From an uncultured bacterium (GTDB lineage Bacteria; Bacteroidota; Bacteroidia; NS11-12g; UBA9320): a stretch of DNA of 64,000 nt. The notes under the pieces were generated by a model. It ran no database searches, had not been told where the DNA came from, and saw only the letters and a list, made by a program, of their open reading frames with translations. Below are positions 37,214-48,022 of the stretch, piece after piece (positions within the stretch are counted from its first letter, which is position 1; each line of letters opens with the position of its first letter). The translations under genes were made by a program, and so were the position numbers. The DNA lies in assembly GCA_963991985.1 (NCBI GenBank), contig CAXDRX010000001.1, forward strand, positions 116,546-180,545. The letters are read 5' to 3'.

Positions 37214-38454
37214 TAGAGATTTATAAAGAAGTAGTTCAAACTTTATTCCGTAATTTTTTTAGGACACTTGTGGTTGTTTTTTGCGTAGGATGGGGACTTC
37301 TCATGCTGATTATCGTTTTGGGTTCAAGTGAAGGTTTAAAAAATGGAATTACAAAAAGCTATGCGGGTTCATCTTCCAATGCCTTTTTTATCTGGGGAAG
37401 AACTACAAGTAAGTCCCATTTGGGTTTGCCTAAACGAAGAAACATCCAATTTACCAATAGCGATATCAACTATATCAAAAAACAGGTTCCCGAATTGGAC
37501 CACATAGCACCGCGCAACCAATTGGGAGGTTACCGTGGTGGAAATAATGTAACACGAAAAGGTAAAAGTGGGGCTTTTCAGGTAAATGGAGACTTTCCTG
37601 ATATTATGAAAATCAACAGATTTAGGCTTCAATCAGGTAGATTTATAAATCCAAATGACATTAAAGACAGAAGAAAGATTGCGGTGATTGGCACACAAGT
37701 AGTTAAAATTCTTTTTGGACAAGGTGAAAATCCAATCGGGGGTTTTCTTGAAATTAATGGAGTATATTTTCAGGTAGTGGGAATTTTTCAGTCCACCGCA
37801 GACAACGATGAACAAGAACGCTATGCAAACAGTATTTTAATTCCATTCAGCACTTTTCAAAACGCTTTCAACATGAACAATAAGGTGCGATGGTTTGCTT
37901 TTACTGCCAAGCCCGAATATCAGGCTGAATGGGTAGAAAAAAAAGTAAAAAAAGTTTTGGCACAAAAGCACAAAGTTCATCCAAACGATCTTCAAGCATT
38001 TGGTAGTTACAATGAAGCCAGAGAATTCCAAAGATTACAATCTATTTTTTATACCGTCAAAGGTGTTGGGTGGTTTGTAGGACTACTTACATTATTTGCA
38101 GGGATAATTGCAGTAAGCAACATCATGCTGATTACAATAAATGAAAGAACGCAAGAGTTTGGTATTCGAAGGGCCATTGGAGCAACTCCCTTCCAAATTC
38201 TTTTGCATGTAATGATTGAAGCTTCTATGCTTACCATTTTTTCAGGTTATTTGGGACTCATTTTGGGCATCTGGAGCCTAGAGCTTTTTTCATCCCTGAA
38301 TATAAGCTCAGAGAGTTTTCAAAACCCAAGTGTGAACTTAAAAACAGTACTCATTGCATTTTTTATACTTATATTTTCCGGTATTTTGGCTGGTATTTTG
38401 CCAGCTGTAAAAGCCATTAGGATAAAACCGATCGAGGCGCTAAAATTTGAATAA
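37210..38454 (+). CDS. ABC transporter permease, MacB/FtsX type (second)
   Basis: GRFINPND, NIMLITINERTQEFGIRRAIGA, IKPIEALK; 4-nt overlap with the previous gene. Confidence 0.9.
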   Translation: MIEIYKEVVQTLFRNFFRTLVVVFCVGWGLLMLIIVLGSSEGLKNGITKSYAGSSSNAFFIWGRTTSKSHLGLPKRRNIQFTNSDINYIKKQVPELDHIAPRNQLGGYRGGNNVTRKGKSGAFQVNGDFPDIMKINRFRLQSGRFINPNDIKDRRKIAVIGTQVVKILFGQGENPIGGFLEINGVYFQVVGIFQSTADNDEQERYANSILIPFSTFQNAFNMNNKVRWFAFTAKPEYQAEWVEKKVKKVLAQKHKVHPNDLQAFGSYNEAREFQRLQSIFYTVKGVGWFVGLLTLFAGIIAVSNIMLITINERTQEFGIRRAIGATPFQILLHVMIEASMLTIFSGYLGLILGIWSLELFSSLNISSESFQNPSVNLKTVLIAFFILIFSGILAGILPAVKAIRIKPIEALKFE

Positions 38455-38457
38455 CCA

Positions 38458-39747
38458 ATGAAAAACATCATTTCTTTTTTGTTTTTATACCTATCCATTT
38501 TCGCCAGACTCCATGGTGGATTTCTGCCCGTGGAATACAAAAACAAGGTATACGATTCAAAAATCAAAACAGTCATCTTAAGCAAAGCAGGCGATCTCAA
38601 CAATCGGTCAGCAATTGTGAAGCTTGAAAGCGCTGAAAAACTTTTGTTGACCTTTGATGATTTGAGCGCCAGCAATGATTTTTTTCAATATACCTTTATA
38701 CATTGTGACGCTCAATGGGAACCTAGCTCCATCTACAATTCCGAATATTTAGAAGGAAATTCAATGGGAAATATTGATCACTTTCAATTTTCTACCAACA
38801 CCTTGGTTTCTTATACACATTACCAACTTACTTTTCCAAACGATGACGTAAAAATTACAAAGTCAGGAAATTATTTACTTAAAATTTTTAGAAATTTTGA
38901 TGAAGATGATTTGGTGATTACCAGAAGATTTGTTGTTTTTGACCCCCAGGTTTCGATTGCGGGAAACGTTTCTGCAGCCTCTGATGTCCGCTACAGAAAT
39001 CAAATGCACGAAATTGATTTGAATGTCGACTTAAGATCTTACCAAGTTCCCAACCCTTATCAAGATGTTCGAGTCACTATTGTGCAAAACAATGCCTGGC
39101 CAACGGCAATTTATGGGCTTCAGCCCCGAATGGTCAATGCCAATCACCTAAATTTTAATTATGAAGATAGAAATCTATTCCAAGCCTCAAACGAATACCG
39201 TTTTTTTGACATAAGATCCCTTAGATATTTTAGCCAAAATGTAAAAACAAAATATAGAGATAGCCTCGTTCATGTGGTGCTCAAGAATGAACAAACCAAA
39301 GGCCACTTAAATTACATTTTTTGGAGAGATTTTAATGGAAAAAGAGTTGTTCAAAACAAAGATGGGGCAGATATTTCAGAGGATGCCGACTATGCCCTTG
39401 TGGTTTTTCGTTTAGAGGCTGAACACCCATTTTCATTCGAGCCTATTTATGTTTTTGGAGAACTTACAGACTGGCAATTGAAGGATGAATATCAGCTAAA
39501 GTACAATCCATTAGAAAAAGTATATTTCTGCGAAGTTTTACTGAAACAAAGCTATTACAACTATCTATATGTCTCAAAAAATGATCAAAATGAAATTGAC
39601 TTTACCTATACCGAAGGAAATCATTACCAAACAGAAAACGACTATTTTGTCTATTTTTACCACAGAAATCAATTTTACGACTACGATGAATGTGTAGGTT
39701 TTTTGCAACTAAATTCTTCCAATCTAGGCAATGGAAATAGCCGATGA
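38458..39747 (+). CDS. DUF5103 protein, likely type IX secretion system plug protein
   Basis: LTFDDL, YTFIHCDAQW.PS, YTHYQLTFPN, SGNYLL, NEYRFFD, LLKQSYYNY, EGNHYQTENDY. Confidence 0.75.
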   Translation: MKNIISFLFLYLSIFARLHGGFLPVEYKNKVYDSKIKTVILSKAGDLNNRSAIVKLESAEKLLLTFDDLSASNDFFQYTFIHCDAQWEPSSIYNSEYLEGNSMGNIDHFQFSTNTLVSYTHYQLTFPNDDVKITKSGNYLLKIFRNFDEDDLVITRRFVVFDPQVSIAGNVSAASDVRYRNQMHEIDLNVDLRSYQVPNPYQDVRVTIVQNNAWPTAIYGLQPRMVNANHLNFNYEDRNLFQASNEYRFFDIRSLRYFSQNVKTKYRDSLVHVVLKNEQTKGHLNYIFWRDFNGKRVVQNKDGADISEDADYALVVFRLEAEHPFSFEPIYVFGELTDWQLKDEYQLKYNPLEKVYFCEVLLKQSYYNYLYVSKNDQNEIDFTYTEGNHYQTENDYFVYFYHRNQFYDYDECVGFLQLNSSNLGNGNSR

Positions 39748-40822
39748 ATTGGTATATCTTATCGCGCTCAACAAAATAGATAAAATTGGTCCTTTATTGG
39801 GCAAAAATTTGATTGCCTATCTAGGATCGGCCCAAGCTGTTTTTGAGACACCCAAAGGGCAATTACAAAAGATCCCTGGAATTGGTCCGGCACTATCAAA
39901 AAATATTGATAGCAAAAAAAACATCAAACAGGCCGAAGATGAAATTATTTTGGCCAAAAAAAATGGAGTCGAGATTGTTAGCTTTTATCATGAAAAATAT
40001 CCAAAAAGAATCAAGCAAATTAGAAGCAGTCCCTTGGTACTTTATATGAAAGGTGAATTCAAAACAAATCCTCCCATTTGTATTTCTATTGTTGGAAGCA
40101 GAAAACCAAATACTTATGGTTTGAGCCAAGTAGAAAAATTTGTTTCTGAAATAGCGCCCTACCAACCTCAAATAGTGAGTGGCATGGCCTATGGAATTGA
40201 CATACACGCTCATCAAATGGCATTAAAATATGGCCTTCCAACCGTGGGTGTTTTGGCCAATGGCTTGGATTCTGTCTATCCTAAATCTCACCACCACATT
40301 GCAGGTGAGATGATTAGGGAACAAGGAGGATTAATTAGCGAATTTCCTTTATACACGAGCGCAGAAAGGGAAAATTTCCCAAAAAGAAATCGACTTATCG
40401 CCGCTTATTGCGACGTACTTTTTGTTGCCCAAACAGAAACCAAAGGAGGTTCAATTATTACGGCCAATTTGGCTTTTGATTATGACAAAACAATATTTGC
40501 CCTTCCGGGAAGAATAAGCGAAAAAAAAAGTCAAGGATGTCACATGTTGATCAATCAAAACAAAGCTTACCTCTATGAAAACATAGCCCATTTTCTTGAG
40601 GAAATGCAATGGATTACCCAAGCCCCTTCCCCCAAAAAACAAGCGAAAAACAAACTACAGAATGACATTTTACTTCTGTTGGAGCAATATACCTCTCTTA
40701 GTTTATTGGATATTTCAACAAAACTTTCAGTTGCCCCACAAAAGATTTCTATCGAAATACTCCATATGGAATTAGAAAATTTACTTACCTCTGCACCGGG
40801 CAACAAGTACAGCATTTGTTAA
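39731..40822 (+). CDS. dprA: DNA-protecting protein DprA
   Basis: SIVGSR, IVSGMAYGID, FPKRNRLIA, GSIITA; C-terminal winged-helix-like segment. Confidence 0.93.
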   Translation: MEIADELVYLIALNKIDKIGPLLGKNLIAYLGSAQAVFETPKGQLQKIPGIGPALSKNIDSKKNIKQAEDEIILAKKNGVEIVSFYHEKYPKRIKQIRSSPLVLYMKGEFKTNPPICISIVGSRKPNTYGLSQVEKFVSEIAPYQPQIVSGMAYGIDIHAHQMALKYGLPTVGVLANGLDSVYPKSHHHIAGEMIREQGGLISEFPLYTSAERENFPKRNRLIAAYCDVLFVAQTETKGGSIITANLAFDYDKTIFALPGRISEKKSQGCHMLINQNKAYLYENIAHFLEEMQWITQAPSPKKQAKNKLQNDILLLLEQYTSLSLLDISTKLSVAPQKISIEILHMELENLLTSAPGNKYSIC

Positions 40823-40825
40823 CAA

Positions 40826-41977
40826 ATGAAAATACAGCATTTTGACTATCATCTCCCAAAGGAACTTGTTGCACAAATACCAACATCGAAAAGAAGTGCA
40901 TCTAGCTTGGTTTTGAGCAAAAATCAGAAAATTATTCATTTACCTTTCTCGGAATTGCCAAAGCTGTTGGATAAAGATAGTCACTTGGTCTTTAATCATA
41001 CAAAGGTTATTAAAGCCAGAATCAGGGTAGCTATTGAAAACAAATGGAAAGTAGAGTTTTTTTTGCTAAATCCTCACAATCAAACATTTGAAGAAGCTCT
41101 TCAAAGGCAAAAATCTGTTGCTTGGGTTTGCCTAATTGGGAATAAAAAAAAACTCAAAACAGTAGATAAGGTACAAGCGATTGTTCATGGTCTCCATTGC
41201 ACATTTCAGTTACTTTCTTACCAAGAAAATATTGTGAAAATAGCATGGGAAACATCTGAAAATTTTGATCAAGTACTTCAAAAAATTGGGGACATACCAC
41301 TACCTCCTTACATCAAAAGATCAACGGAAGAGTCCGATAGCAAAAGGTATCAAACCATCTTTGGGGAAAAACTTGGATCTGTTGCTGCGCCTACAGCTAG
41401 CCTTCATTTTGATCAAAAACTTTTAAATACACTCAAAGAATCTTATGCGACAAGTGAGGTAAATCTCCATGTTGGACTTGGTACCTTCAAACCGGTATCC
41501 AACGAAAACATTCGAGAACATGAAATGCATGCAGAAAATTTCGAGCTTGATATCCGCGATTTGCAAAACATAATTGACAAAAAAAATATATTGGCCATTG
41601 GCACAACTGTTTTGAGGCTTTTGGAGAGCTTGTATTGGTTGGGCCTTAAAAATGATAAGTCAAACCTAACCCTGAATCAATTTGAAAATGAATCCCTAGA
41701 GGACAAGGGCAACGGCTTGGAACGCTTGCTGGAACACTGTCTAAAAAAAAATATAGAAACCATACAAGGTAAAACTTCACTATTTATTTTACCTGGCTAT
41801 CAATTCAAGGTAAGCCGACAACTCATCACCAATTTTCACATGCCAAAAAGTTCGTTGTTACTTTTGGTTGACGCCTACACAAAGGGAAACTGGCGAGACC
41901 ATTACAAATATGCTATAGAAAATAGACTCCGTTTTTTTAGCTATGGGGATGCAAATTTGTTCTCTCTCAATCGATGA
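40826..41977 (+). CDS. queA: S-adenosylmethionine:tRNA ribosyltransferase-isomerase
   Basis: FDYHLP.ELVAQ, RYQT, SVAAPTASLHF, LHVGLGTF, TNFH.PKS, FSYGDA. Confidence 0.94.
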   Translation: MKIQHFDYHLPKELVAQIPTSKRSASSLVLSKNQKIIHLPFSELPKLLDKDSHLVFNHTKVIKARIRVAIENKWKVEFFLLNPHNQTFEEALQRQKSVAWVCLIGNKKKLKTVDKVQAIVHGLHCTFQLLSYQENIVKIAWETSENFDQVLQKIGDIPLPPYIKRSTEESDSKRYQTIFGEKLGSVAAPTASLHFDQKLLNTLKESYATSEVNLHVGLGTFKPVSNENIREHEMHAENFELDIRDLQNIIDKKNILAIGTTVLRLLESLYWLGLKNDKSNLTLNQFENESLEDKGNGLERLLEHCLKKNIETIQGKTSLFILPGYQFKVSRQLITNFHMPKSSLLLLVDAYTKGNWRDHYKYAIENRLRFFSYGDANLFSLNR

Positions 41978-42324
41978 TCAGCAGGATTTTATATTCATTT
42001 AAAATGGCTTTTGTGGGCATTTATACGGCCTTTCGATCAGAAAGAAACATAAAAATTCAAAGTTGTGTATTTGTCCTTGTTGTTTTATGTGGCATTTGTT
42101 TCAAAATCTCGTCCTTGGAATGGGCTGTTATTTTGTTGTCCAGTGCTTTTGTTTATTGCACAGAATTGTTGAATACCGCTCTGGAGAACATTTGTGATTT
42201 TATCGAACCCCAGAACAATCAAAAAATCAAAAACATCAAAGACATCGCAGCAGGGGCAGTGCTAATTGCGAGCTTACTATCTTTGGTGATTGGTCTTATC
42301 ATTCTGATTCCTTATTTTTTTTAA
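41974..42324 (+). CDS. dgkA: Prokaryotic diacylglycerol/undecaprenol kinase family protein
   Basis: ELLNTALENICD, KDIAAGAVL, three TM helices. Confidence 0.88.
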   Translation: MISRILYSFKMAFVGIYTAFRSERNIKIQSCVFVLVVLCGICFKISSLEWAVILLSSAFVYCTELLNTALENICDFIEPQNNQKIKNIKDIAAGAVLIASLLSLVIGLIILIPYFF

Positions 42325-43018
42325 TCTTCCCCCTTGGCTGCAAAGGCCGTACCTCAAAATTTACAGGGTGAAAGTTAAAATTCGTCTCCATTAGTTGTAT
42401 AATGGACTCAACAAGTTCTGAAGGCATGAGCATGTTGTCATGTGCTTGGATACTTTCTACCTCATCAAAAAAATTGGTCTTTACACTTCCAGGATAAACG
42501 CAAGTTACCTTGATCCCAAAATCTCTAACCTCTTTGTAAAGAGCGTTTGACAAGCCTCTAACAGCAAATTTGGTTGCATTGTATCCACTACTTTGCGCAT
42601 AACCTTCCAAACCCGCAATCGAAGATATATTTATGATATGACCTCTTTCTTGTTTTTTCATTAAAGGCAAAACCATTTTGGACAAATAAAACATTCCATG
42701 AACATTCACATCAAACATCTCGTGCCATTGTTCAATTGTATAATTTTCTAGCGAAGAGAAAATACCGAGTCCAGAATTATTTACCAAAAAGTCAACCTGG
42801 AAATCTACTTTTTTAAACAAACGATTGCAAGCATTTTCAACTTCCAAATGGTTTCGGATGTCTGCTTTCTCAAAATGAAATTTGGAATTGGTGATGTTGG
42901 GCTGATTTCTACCTAAGCCCAATACGATACAACCCTTGGCCAATAGCTGTTTGGCCATTTCATTTCCAATTCCTTTGCTTACGCCACTAATAATGGCAAC
43001 ATGATTGCTTAAACTCAT
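42299..43018 (-). CDS. Short-chain dehydrogenase/reductase
   Basis: ISGVSKGIG, VNNSG, NISS, YNATK (YxxxK). Start moved to ATG 43018. Confidence 0.9.
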   Translation of the reverse strand: MSLSNHVAIISGVSKGIGNEMAKQLLAKGCIVLGLGRNQPNITNSKFHFEKADIRNHLEVENACNRLFKKVDFQVDFLVNNSGLGIFSSLENYTIEQWHEMFDVNVHGMFYLSKMVLPLMKKQERGHIINISSIAGLEGYAQSSGYNATKFAVRGLSNALYKEVRDFGIKVTCVYPGSVKTNFFDEVESIQAHDNMLMPSELVESIIQLMETNFNFHPVNFEVRPLQPRGKIKKNKESE

Positions 43019-43035
43019 AGAATTTAGATACGAAG

Positions 43036-44637
43036 CTAAACCTCTTTTTGCATTTTCGACAAGGCAAAAACAATAATCAACAATACAAGCAAACACAAAA
43101 TCAAAGCAAACCAAACATTTAGACCAAAACTCACTGGCACAATTCCAGCAAATAATGCGACAAGGCCGATTAGAATTGCATAAGGCATTTGAGTTCTTAC
43201 ATGCTCGATATGGTTACAACCGGTAGACATTGAACTCATAATTGTTGTATCAGAAATAGGAGAAATATGATCCCCAAATACGGCCCCACTCATAATACAT
43301 GCTATGGTTAAAGAAAATAAAGATTCCGCTTGATTCACCAAATTCGCATTTGTATAAAGTTGCCATGCTGTGGACAAAATAAGGGGAAACAAAATGGCCA
43401 TAGTTCCCCATGAAGAGCCAGTTGAAAATGAAACCAAAATAGCCAAAACAAATACAACGGAGGGCAACCAATTAGGAGGTACATGACCAGAAATTATTTC
43501 TTCCAAAAATGAAGCTGTTCCTAAATCATCTAAAACTCCAGAAAGAGACCAAGCCAAGATTAAAATAATTACGGCCTCGATCATGCTTTTGTACCCCAAA
43601 AACAAAGATTCTATTGATTGCTTTAGGCTTAGTTTTTTATACCACAAACTTGACAATACACCTACAATACTTGCCACAAAACTGCTCCAAAGCAATGCAT
43701 GGTAAGAATTGCTTTCTCCTATTGTCCTAGAAAGTTTTAAGGTCAATGAAAGTTCTGAATTTTGCCATACATTTTCGGAATATCCAGAAACAAGCAACCC
43801 TATCAAAGTACCAATAGACAAAATGGATAGCGGCAAAAGGGCCAGCCCAATCGGTCCATTTTCGTTCACTTGTTTATCCGCATAGGAATCCGTTGATTCT
43901 GTTATTTGCGCTGCATCTTCGGCCCTTTTCATTGGCCCAAAATCAATATTTTTTATGACGATTAATGGTATAAAAACCAAAGTTAATATGGCATAAAAAC
44001 TATAAGGAATGGAAGACAGAAATAGCGCGTAGGCACTTTTTTCCAGATCAACCAAGCCTTTCGTACTATCAGAAATATAAGTTAATTCTGCACCTATCCA
44101 AGTTGTGGCAAAGGCAAGCGCTGCAATAGGTGCCGCTGTACTGTCTACGAGATAGGCCATTTTTTCTTTACTAATTTTGAATTTTCTTGCCAATCCTCGA
44201 GTAGTATTCCCAACGATCAATGTGTTGGCATAATCATCAAAAAAAATCAAAATACCCATTAGATAGGTAAGCATTTGAGTTTTCTTTTTATTGTTAGCAA
44301 AGTGCGAAAGTTTATGAACCAAGGCAGACATCCCCCCATTTTTTTGAATCAACATTGAAACTCCGCCAATCATCACAGAAAAAATTAAAATAGAAATATG
44401 ACCTCGATCTACCTGACCATTTTCTGGGTTGGGGACAACCGATTGGGGCAAGTAAGTATCTATCAAAACAAAAGGACTTTGCAAAACACCAAACCATTGA
44501 TCTTTTTGATATTGGACAATCATGACCCCCAGCAACAAGCCTGACAACAATGAACTAACAACCTCCTTAGTGATAAAAGCTAGAAGTATAGCCAAAATTG
44601 GCGGCAAAATGGTAATCCACTCAGGAAGTTGAATCAT
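43036..44637 (-). CDS. NhaC family Na+/H+ antiporter-like transporter
   Basis: FFDDYANTLIVG, DSTAAPIA, TGSSWGT, GDHISPISDTT. Confidence 0.88.
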   Translation of the reverse strand: MIQLPEWITILPPILAILLAFITKEVVSSLLSGLLLGVMIVQYQKDQWFGVLQSPFVLIDTYLPQSVVPNPENGQVDRGHISILIFSVMIGGVSMLIQKNGGMSALVHKLSHFANNKKKTQMLTYLMGILIFFDDYANTLIVGNTTRGLARKFKISKEKMAYLVDSTAAPIAALAFATTWIGAELTYISDSTKGLVDLEKSAYALFLSSIPYSFYAILTLVFIPLIVIKNIDFGPMKRAEDAAQITESTDSYADKQVNENGPIGLALLPLSILSIGTLIGLLVSGYSENVWQNSELSLTLKLSRTIGESNSYHALLWSSFVASIVGVLSSLWYKKLSLKQSIESLFLGYKSMIEAVIILILAWSLSGVLDDLGTASFLEEIISGHVPPNWLPSVVFVLAILVSFSTGSSWGTMAILFPLILSTAWQLYTNANLVNQAESLFSLTIACIMSGAVFGDHISPISDTTIMSSMSTGCNHIEHVRTQMPYAILIGLVALFAGIVPVSFGLNVWFALILCLLVLLIIVFALSKMQKEV

Positions 44638-45823
44638 GATTTTTTATACTTTCTAAAAAATAATTTTCCAAAATTTTGGCAACAATATCCCAATCGAAGT
44701 TTTCTCGAACATGCTGATAACCCAACTTTGCCATGCGTTTAGCAAATTGCTTATCCTCCAGTAATTTATTGACATTTTCAGAGAATTCAGATGCACTCTT
44801 GGCCAATAAAACACCATGACCATGTCTTATTTTTAGTCCTTCAAATCCAATGGGGGTGCACACTACGGGTTTCTCCATGGCCAATGCTTCCAAAACTTTA
44901 TTTTGAGTGCCTGCACCTATTCTCAATGGAGAAACAATTACTGTCGCTTTTTGATATTGACCGGCTATATCTTCTACAAAACCTGTTACTTCAATTTCCT
45001 CAGATGCCAATTCTCTTACCAGTTTTGTAGGATTTTGCCCAGCAATCACAAACCTTGCATTGGGGTGTTTTTTGCGAATTTTCGGCCATATTTGACTGAC
45101 AAAATATCGAACAGCATCTATGTTGGGCGTATAATTCATATTGCCGGTAAACAATATGGTTTGCCGTTCATAAGTCGACGCCGCTTGTCCCTTCCGAAAA
45201 GTCCTTAAATCTACTCCATTCGAAAGCAATTCAACATTCCCAAGTTGATGATGGGTTTCCAAATATTTTTGATCTTCGGCTGAACACACCAAAACTTTGT
45301 CAAACTTTTCCAATTTCTTTTCAAACCTGAAAACTCTTTTATACTCCAATTGCTTAAAAAATTTCATGATTATATTTTTTTCTTGTTTTACTTTCCTAAA
45401 CCAATACATAGAATAAGCATCAGGAAGATCAAGAATTTTGGGTAAAACTATCGGAAGACCGTAGGGAAGCATTCTCAAGTGTTGGATATGGACAGCGTCA
45501 AACTTATGCTTAGCCAAAATATAGCCTACTTTCTGTCTAAATTTTTTGTTTTGAAAATAAATAACCTGAAATGGTTTATTGGAGAAAAAACCGAAAAAAA
45601 CATTTGCATAACGTTTCCATGTTGACAAGGGAATTAAATGGACGGCTTGAAATATTTTTTTCAATTCTATCTCATATTTCAACTCCATTTTGTTTTCCGT
45701 GAAGGTAACCAAATGTAAATCATGACCCAACTCTTTCAGACGCAAAGCCAAATTGTATATTTTCAACTTATCTCCCCGGTGAGGTGGATATGGAATTCTA
45801 TTGGCTATGAAAAGAAGTTTCAT
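44621..45823 (-). CDS. Glycosyltransferase family 4
   Basis: NRIPYPPHRGDKLK, FTGNMNY.PN.DA, GAGTQNKVLEALAM. Start moved to ATG 45823. Confidence 0.9.
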   Translation of the reverse strand: MKLLFIANRIPYPPHRGDKLKIYNLALRLKELGHDLHLVTFTENKMELKYEIELKKIFQAVHLIPLSTWKRYANVFFGFFSNKPFQVIYFQNKKFRQKVGYILAKHKFDAVHIQHLRMLPYGLPIVLPKILDLPDAYSMYWFRKVKQEKNIIMKFFKQLEYKRVFRFEKKLEKFDKVLVCSAEDQKYLETHHQLGNVELLSNGVDLRTFRKGQAASTYERQTILFTGNMNYTPNIDAVRYFVSQIWPKIRKKHPNARFVIAGQNPTKLVRELASEEIEVTGFVEDIAGQYQKATVIVSPLRIGAGTQNKVLEALAMEKPVVCTPIGFEGLKIRHGHGVLLAKSASEFSENVNKLLEDKQFAKRMAKLGYQHVRENFDWDIVAKILENYFLESIKNHDSTS

Positions 45824-45865
45824 TTTAAACAAAGATTTAAAAAACTCAGAAACCAACCTAACTGT

Positions 45866-45873
45866 TACATTTG
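45866..45873 (+). promoter_or_regulatory. -7 promoter element TACATTTG
   Basis: Exact TAnnTTTG; it contains the TTG 45871 that the ORF track used as a start, which favours TTG 45883. Confidence 0.6.
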
Positions 45874-45882
45874 AAAATAATT

Positions 45883-47088
45883 TTGGCAAAAGAAAAATTA
45901 GACAGTATTGAAGAGGCAATCGAAGCAATAAAAAAGGGTGACCTTATCATTGTTGTAGATGACGAGGATAGAGAAAATGAGGGGGATTTTTTATGCGCTG
46001 CCGAGTGTATTACACCTGAAAAGGTAAACTTTATGGCCAAGGAAGGAAGAGGATTGATTTGTACACCCCTTACTGAAAATAGGTGCGAAGCGCTAGGTCT
46101 AGACCTTATGGTTGGAAAAAATACTGCTGCTTTTGAAACTCCTTTTACAATCAGTGTTGACCTAATTGGCAATGGAACAACAACCGGAATAAGTGCTTCT
46201 GACCGAGCAAAAACAATTTTGGCTTTGGCCAATCCCAAAACATCACCAGAAGTTTTGGGGAAACCTGGGCATATATTTCCCCTAAAAGCAAAAAATGCAG
46301 GCGTACTCCGAAGAGCAGGTCATACTGAAGCTGCCATAGATTTTGCGCGTCTTGCAGGATTTGAACCCGCTGGAGTAATCGTCGAGATTATGAAAGAAAA
46401 TGGAGAGATGGCAAGATTGCCTGACCTATTGAAGATTGCCTCAAAGTTTGACTTAAAAATTGTTAGTATCGCCGATTTGATAGAATATAGACTCCAAAAT
46501 GATTCACTCATCAGTTCAGAAGTATCTGTTAAAATGCCTACTGAATTTGGCAATTTTGATATGACTGCATTTCGACAAACCAATAAAAATCGATTACACC
46601 TTGCCTTAACCAAAGGGTCTTGGAAAAAAAACGAGGCAGTTTTGGTTCGGGTGCACTCCAGTTGTGTTACTGGTGATATTTTTGGATCGTGCAGATGCGA
46701 TTGCGGTCCACAATTACATCATGCTATGCAAATGATCGAAAAGGAGGGAAAAGGTGCAATAATTTACATGAATCAAGAAGGTCGCGGTATTGGCCTTCTG
46801 AATAAGTTGAGGGCTTATAAACTTCAAGAAAATGGCTTTGACACGGTGGAAGCCAATGAAAAACTGGGTTTTGGGATGGATGAACGTGACTATGGCATAG
46901 GTGCACAGATTTTGCGAAATCTTGACATCCAAAAAATGCGCCTAATGACAAACAATCCAAAAAAGAGAAATGCACTGGGTGGCTATGGTTTAGAAATTGT
47001 AGAAAATGTGCCCATTGTTATTCCCCCGAACAAACACAATAAAAATTATTTGGACACCAAAAAACAAAAAATGGGTCATGAGTTATGA
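45883..47088 (+). CDS. ribBA: Bifunctional DHBP synthase / GTP cyclohydrolase II
   Basis: [42 protein letters not shown]. Confidence 0.96.
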   Translation: MAKEKLDSIEEAIEAIKKGDLIIVVDDEDRENEGDFLCAAECITPEKVNFMAKEGRGLICTPLTENRCEALGLDLMVGKNTAAFETPFTISVDLIGNGTTTGISASDRAKTILALANPKTSPEVLGKPGHIFPLKAKNAGVLRRAGHTEAAIDFARLAGFEPAGVIVEIMKENGEMARLPDLLKIASKFDLKIVSIADLIEYRLQNDSLISSEVSVKMPTEFGNFDMTAFRQTNKNRLHLALTKGSWKKNEAVLVRVHSSCVTGDIFGSCRCDCGPQLHHAMQMIEKEGKGAIIYMNQEGRGIGLLNKLRAYKLQENGFDTVEANEKLGFGMDERDYGIGAQILRNLDIQKMRLMTNNPKKRNALGGYGLEIVENVPIVIPPNKHNKNYLDTKKQKMGHEL

Positions 47089-48022
47089 GCAACTCAAAAC
47101 TGATTTTTTAATTAAATCTCCTTTTTATTCTCCATCGATTAATCTGGCCATTGAAGAGTTTTTTCTAAAATCAAGTAGAAATGAGTTTGCCATTTTTTAT
47201 CAAAACGATCCTGCCGTTATCATTGGCAAACATCAAAATATTTTTGCAGAGGTGAATTATCCATTTTTGGTTGCCAACAAGATTCCAATCCGAAGAAGAC
47301 TAAGCGGGGGAGGAACTGTATACCACGATCGGGGAAACTTAAACTTTTGTTTTATCACCAATATAAAAAATAAAAAATGGATCGATTTTGATCTACAAGT
47401 ACAACCCATCGTTTCATTCTTGAAATCATTGGGTCTTGAAATAAGCAAACAAAAAAATACAAGCTTGTTTGTCAATCAAAAAAAAATTAGTGGGAATGCA
47501 GAACATATCGATCAAAAAGCAAAAAGAATTTTACACCACGGGACCTTACTCATCAACAGCAATCTAGAAATGCTCGACAAAATATGTGCCCCAAGAAACA
47601 ACAAATTTTCCGACCTCGGGATACCATCGGTCCGAAGCAAAGTCGAAAACCTTACCCAATGGACAGATCTTACGGCTCCAGAATTACAAGAAAAATGTAT
47701 CCAATCTGTCGCCCCCAATTGCAAAATGTACCATTTGACGGACTTCGATAAAATGGAAATTCAAAAAATTGCCAATGAAAAATATGAACAATGGGCTTGG
47801 AATATTGCTTATGGACCAAAATTTACCAAAAGTGTATTCTTCAAGGAAAGCCATTTTCAATTGCAAGTAAAAAAAGGCATTATTGAAGATTGTTTTTGGT
47901 TGCAAAAGCCAATTTTCTCAGAAAAAGATATCCAAGGGAAAAAGTTTGAATGGAATACCATAATGAAGTTCCTCGAAAAACATCATTTGCCTCAGGAGCT
48001 TATTACAAAGATTTTTACATGA
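47078..48022 (+). CDS. lplA: Lipoate--protein ligase
   Basis: [37 protein letters not shown]. Start moved to ATG 47078. Confidence 0.9.
   Translation: MSYEQLKTDFLIKSPFYSPSINLAIEEFFLKSSRNEFAIFYQNDPAVIIGKHQNIFAEVNYPFLVANKIPIRRRLSGGGTVYHDRGNLNFCFITNIKNKKWIDFDLQVQPIVSFLKSLGLEISKQKNTSLFVNQKKISGNAEHIDQKAKRILHHGTLLINSNLEMLDKICAPRNNKFSDLGIPSVRSKVENLTQWTDLTAPELQEKCIQSVAPNCKMYHLTDFDKMEIQKIANEKYEQWAWNIAYGPKFTKSVFFKESHFQLQVKKGIIEDCFWLQKPIFSEKDIQGKKFEWNTIMKFLEKHHLPQELITKIFT

Noticed and set aside
40808-40842. Direct repeat TACAGCATTT (2 copies) at the dprA/queA junction
   Set aside because: Only 10 bp, both copies are in coding sequence, and nothing resembling an insertion lies between them; chance is likely.
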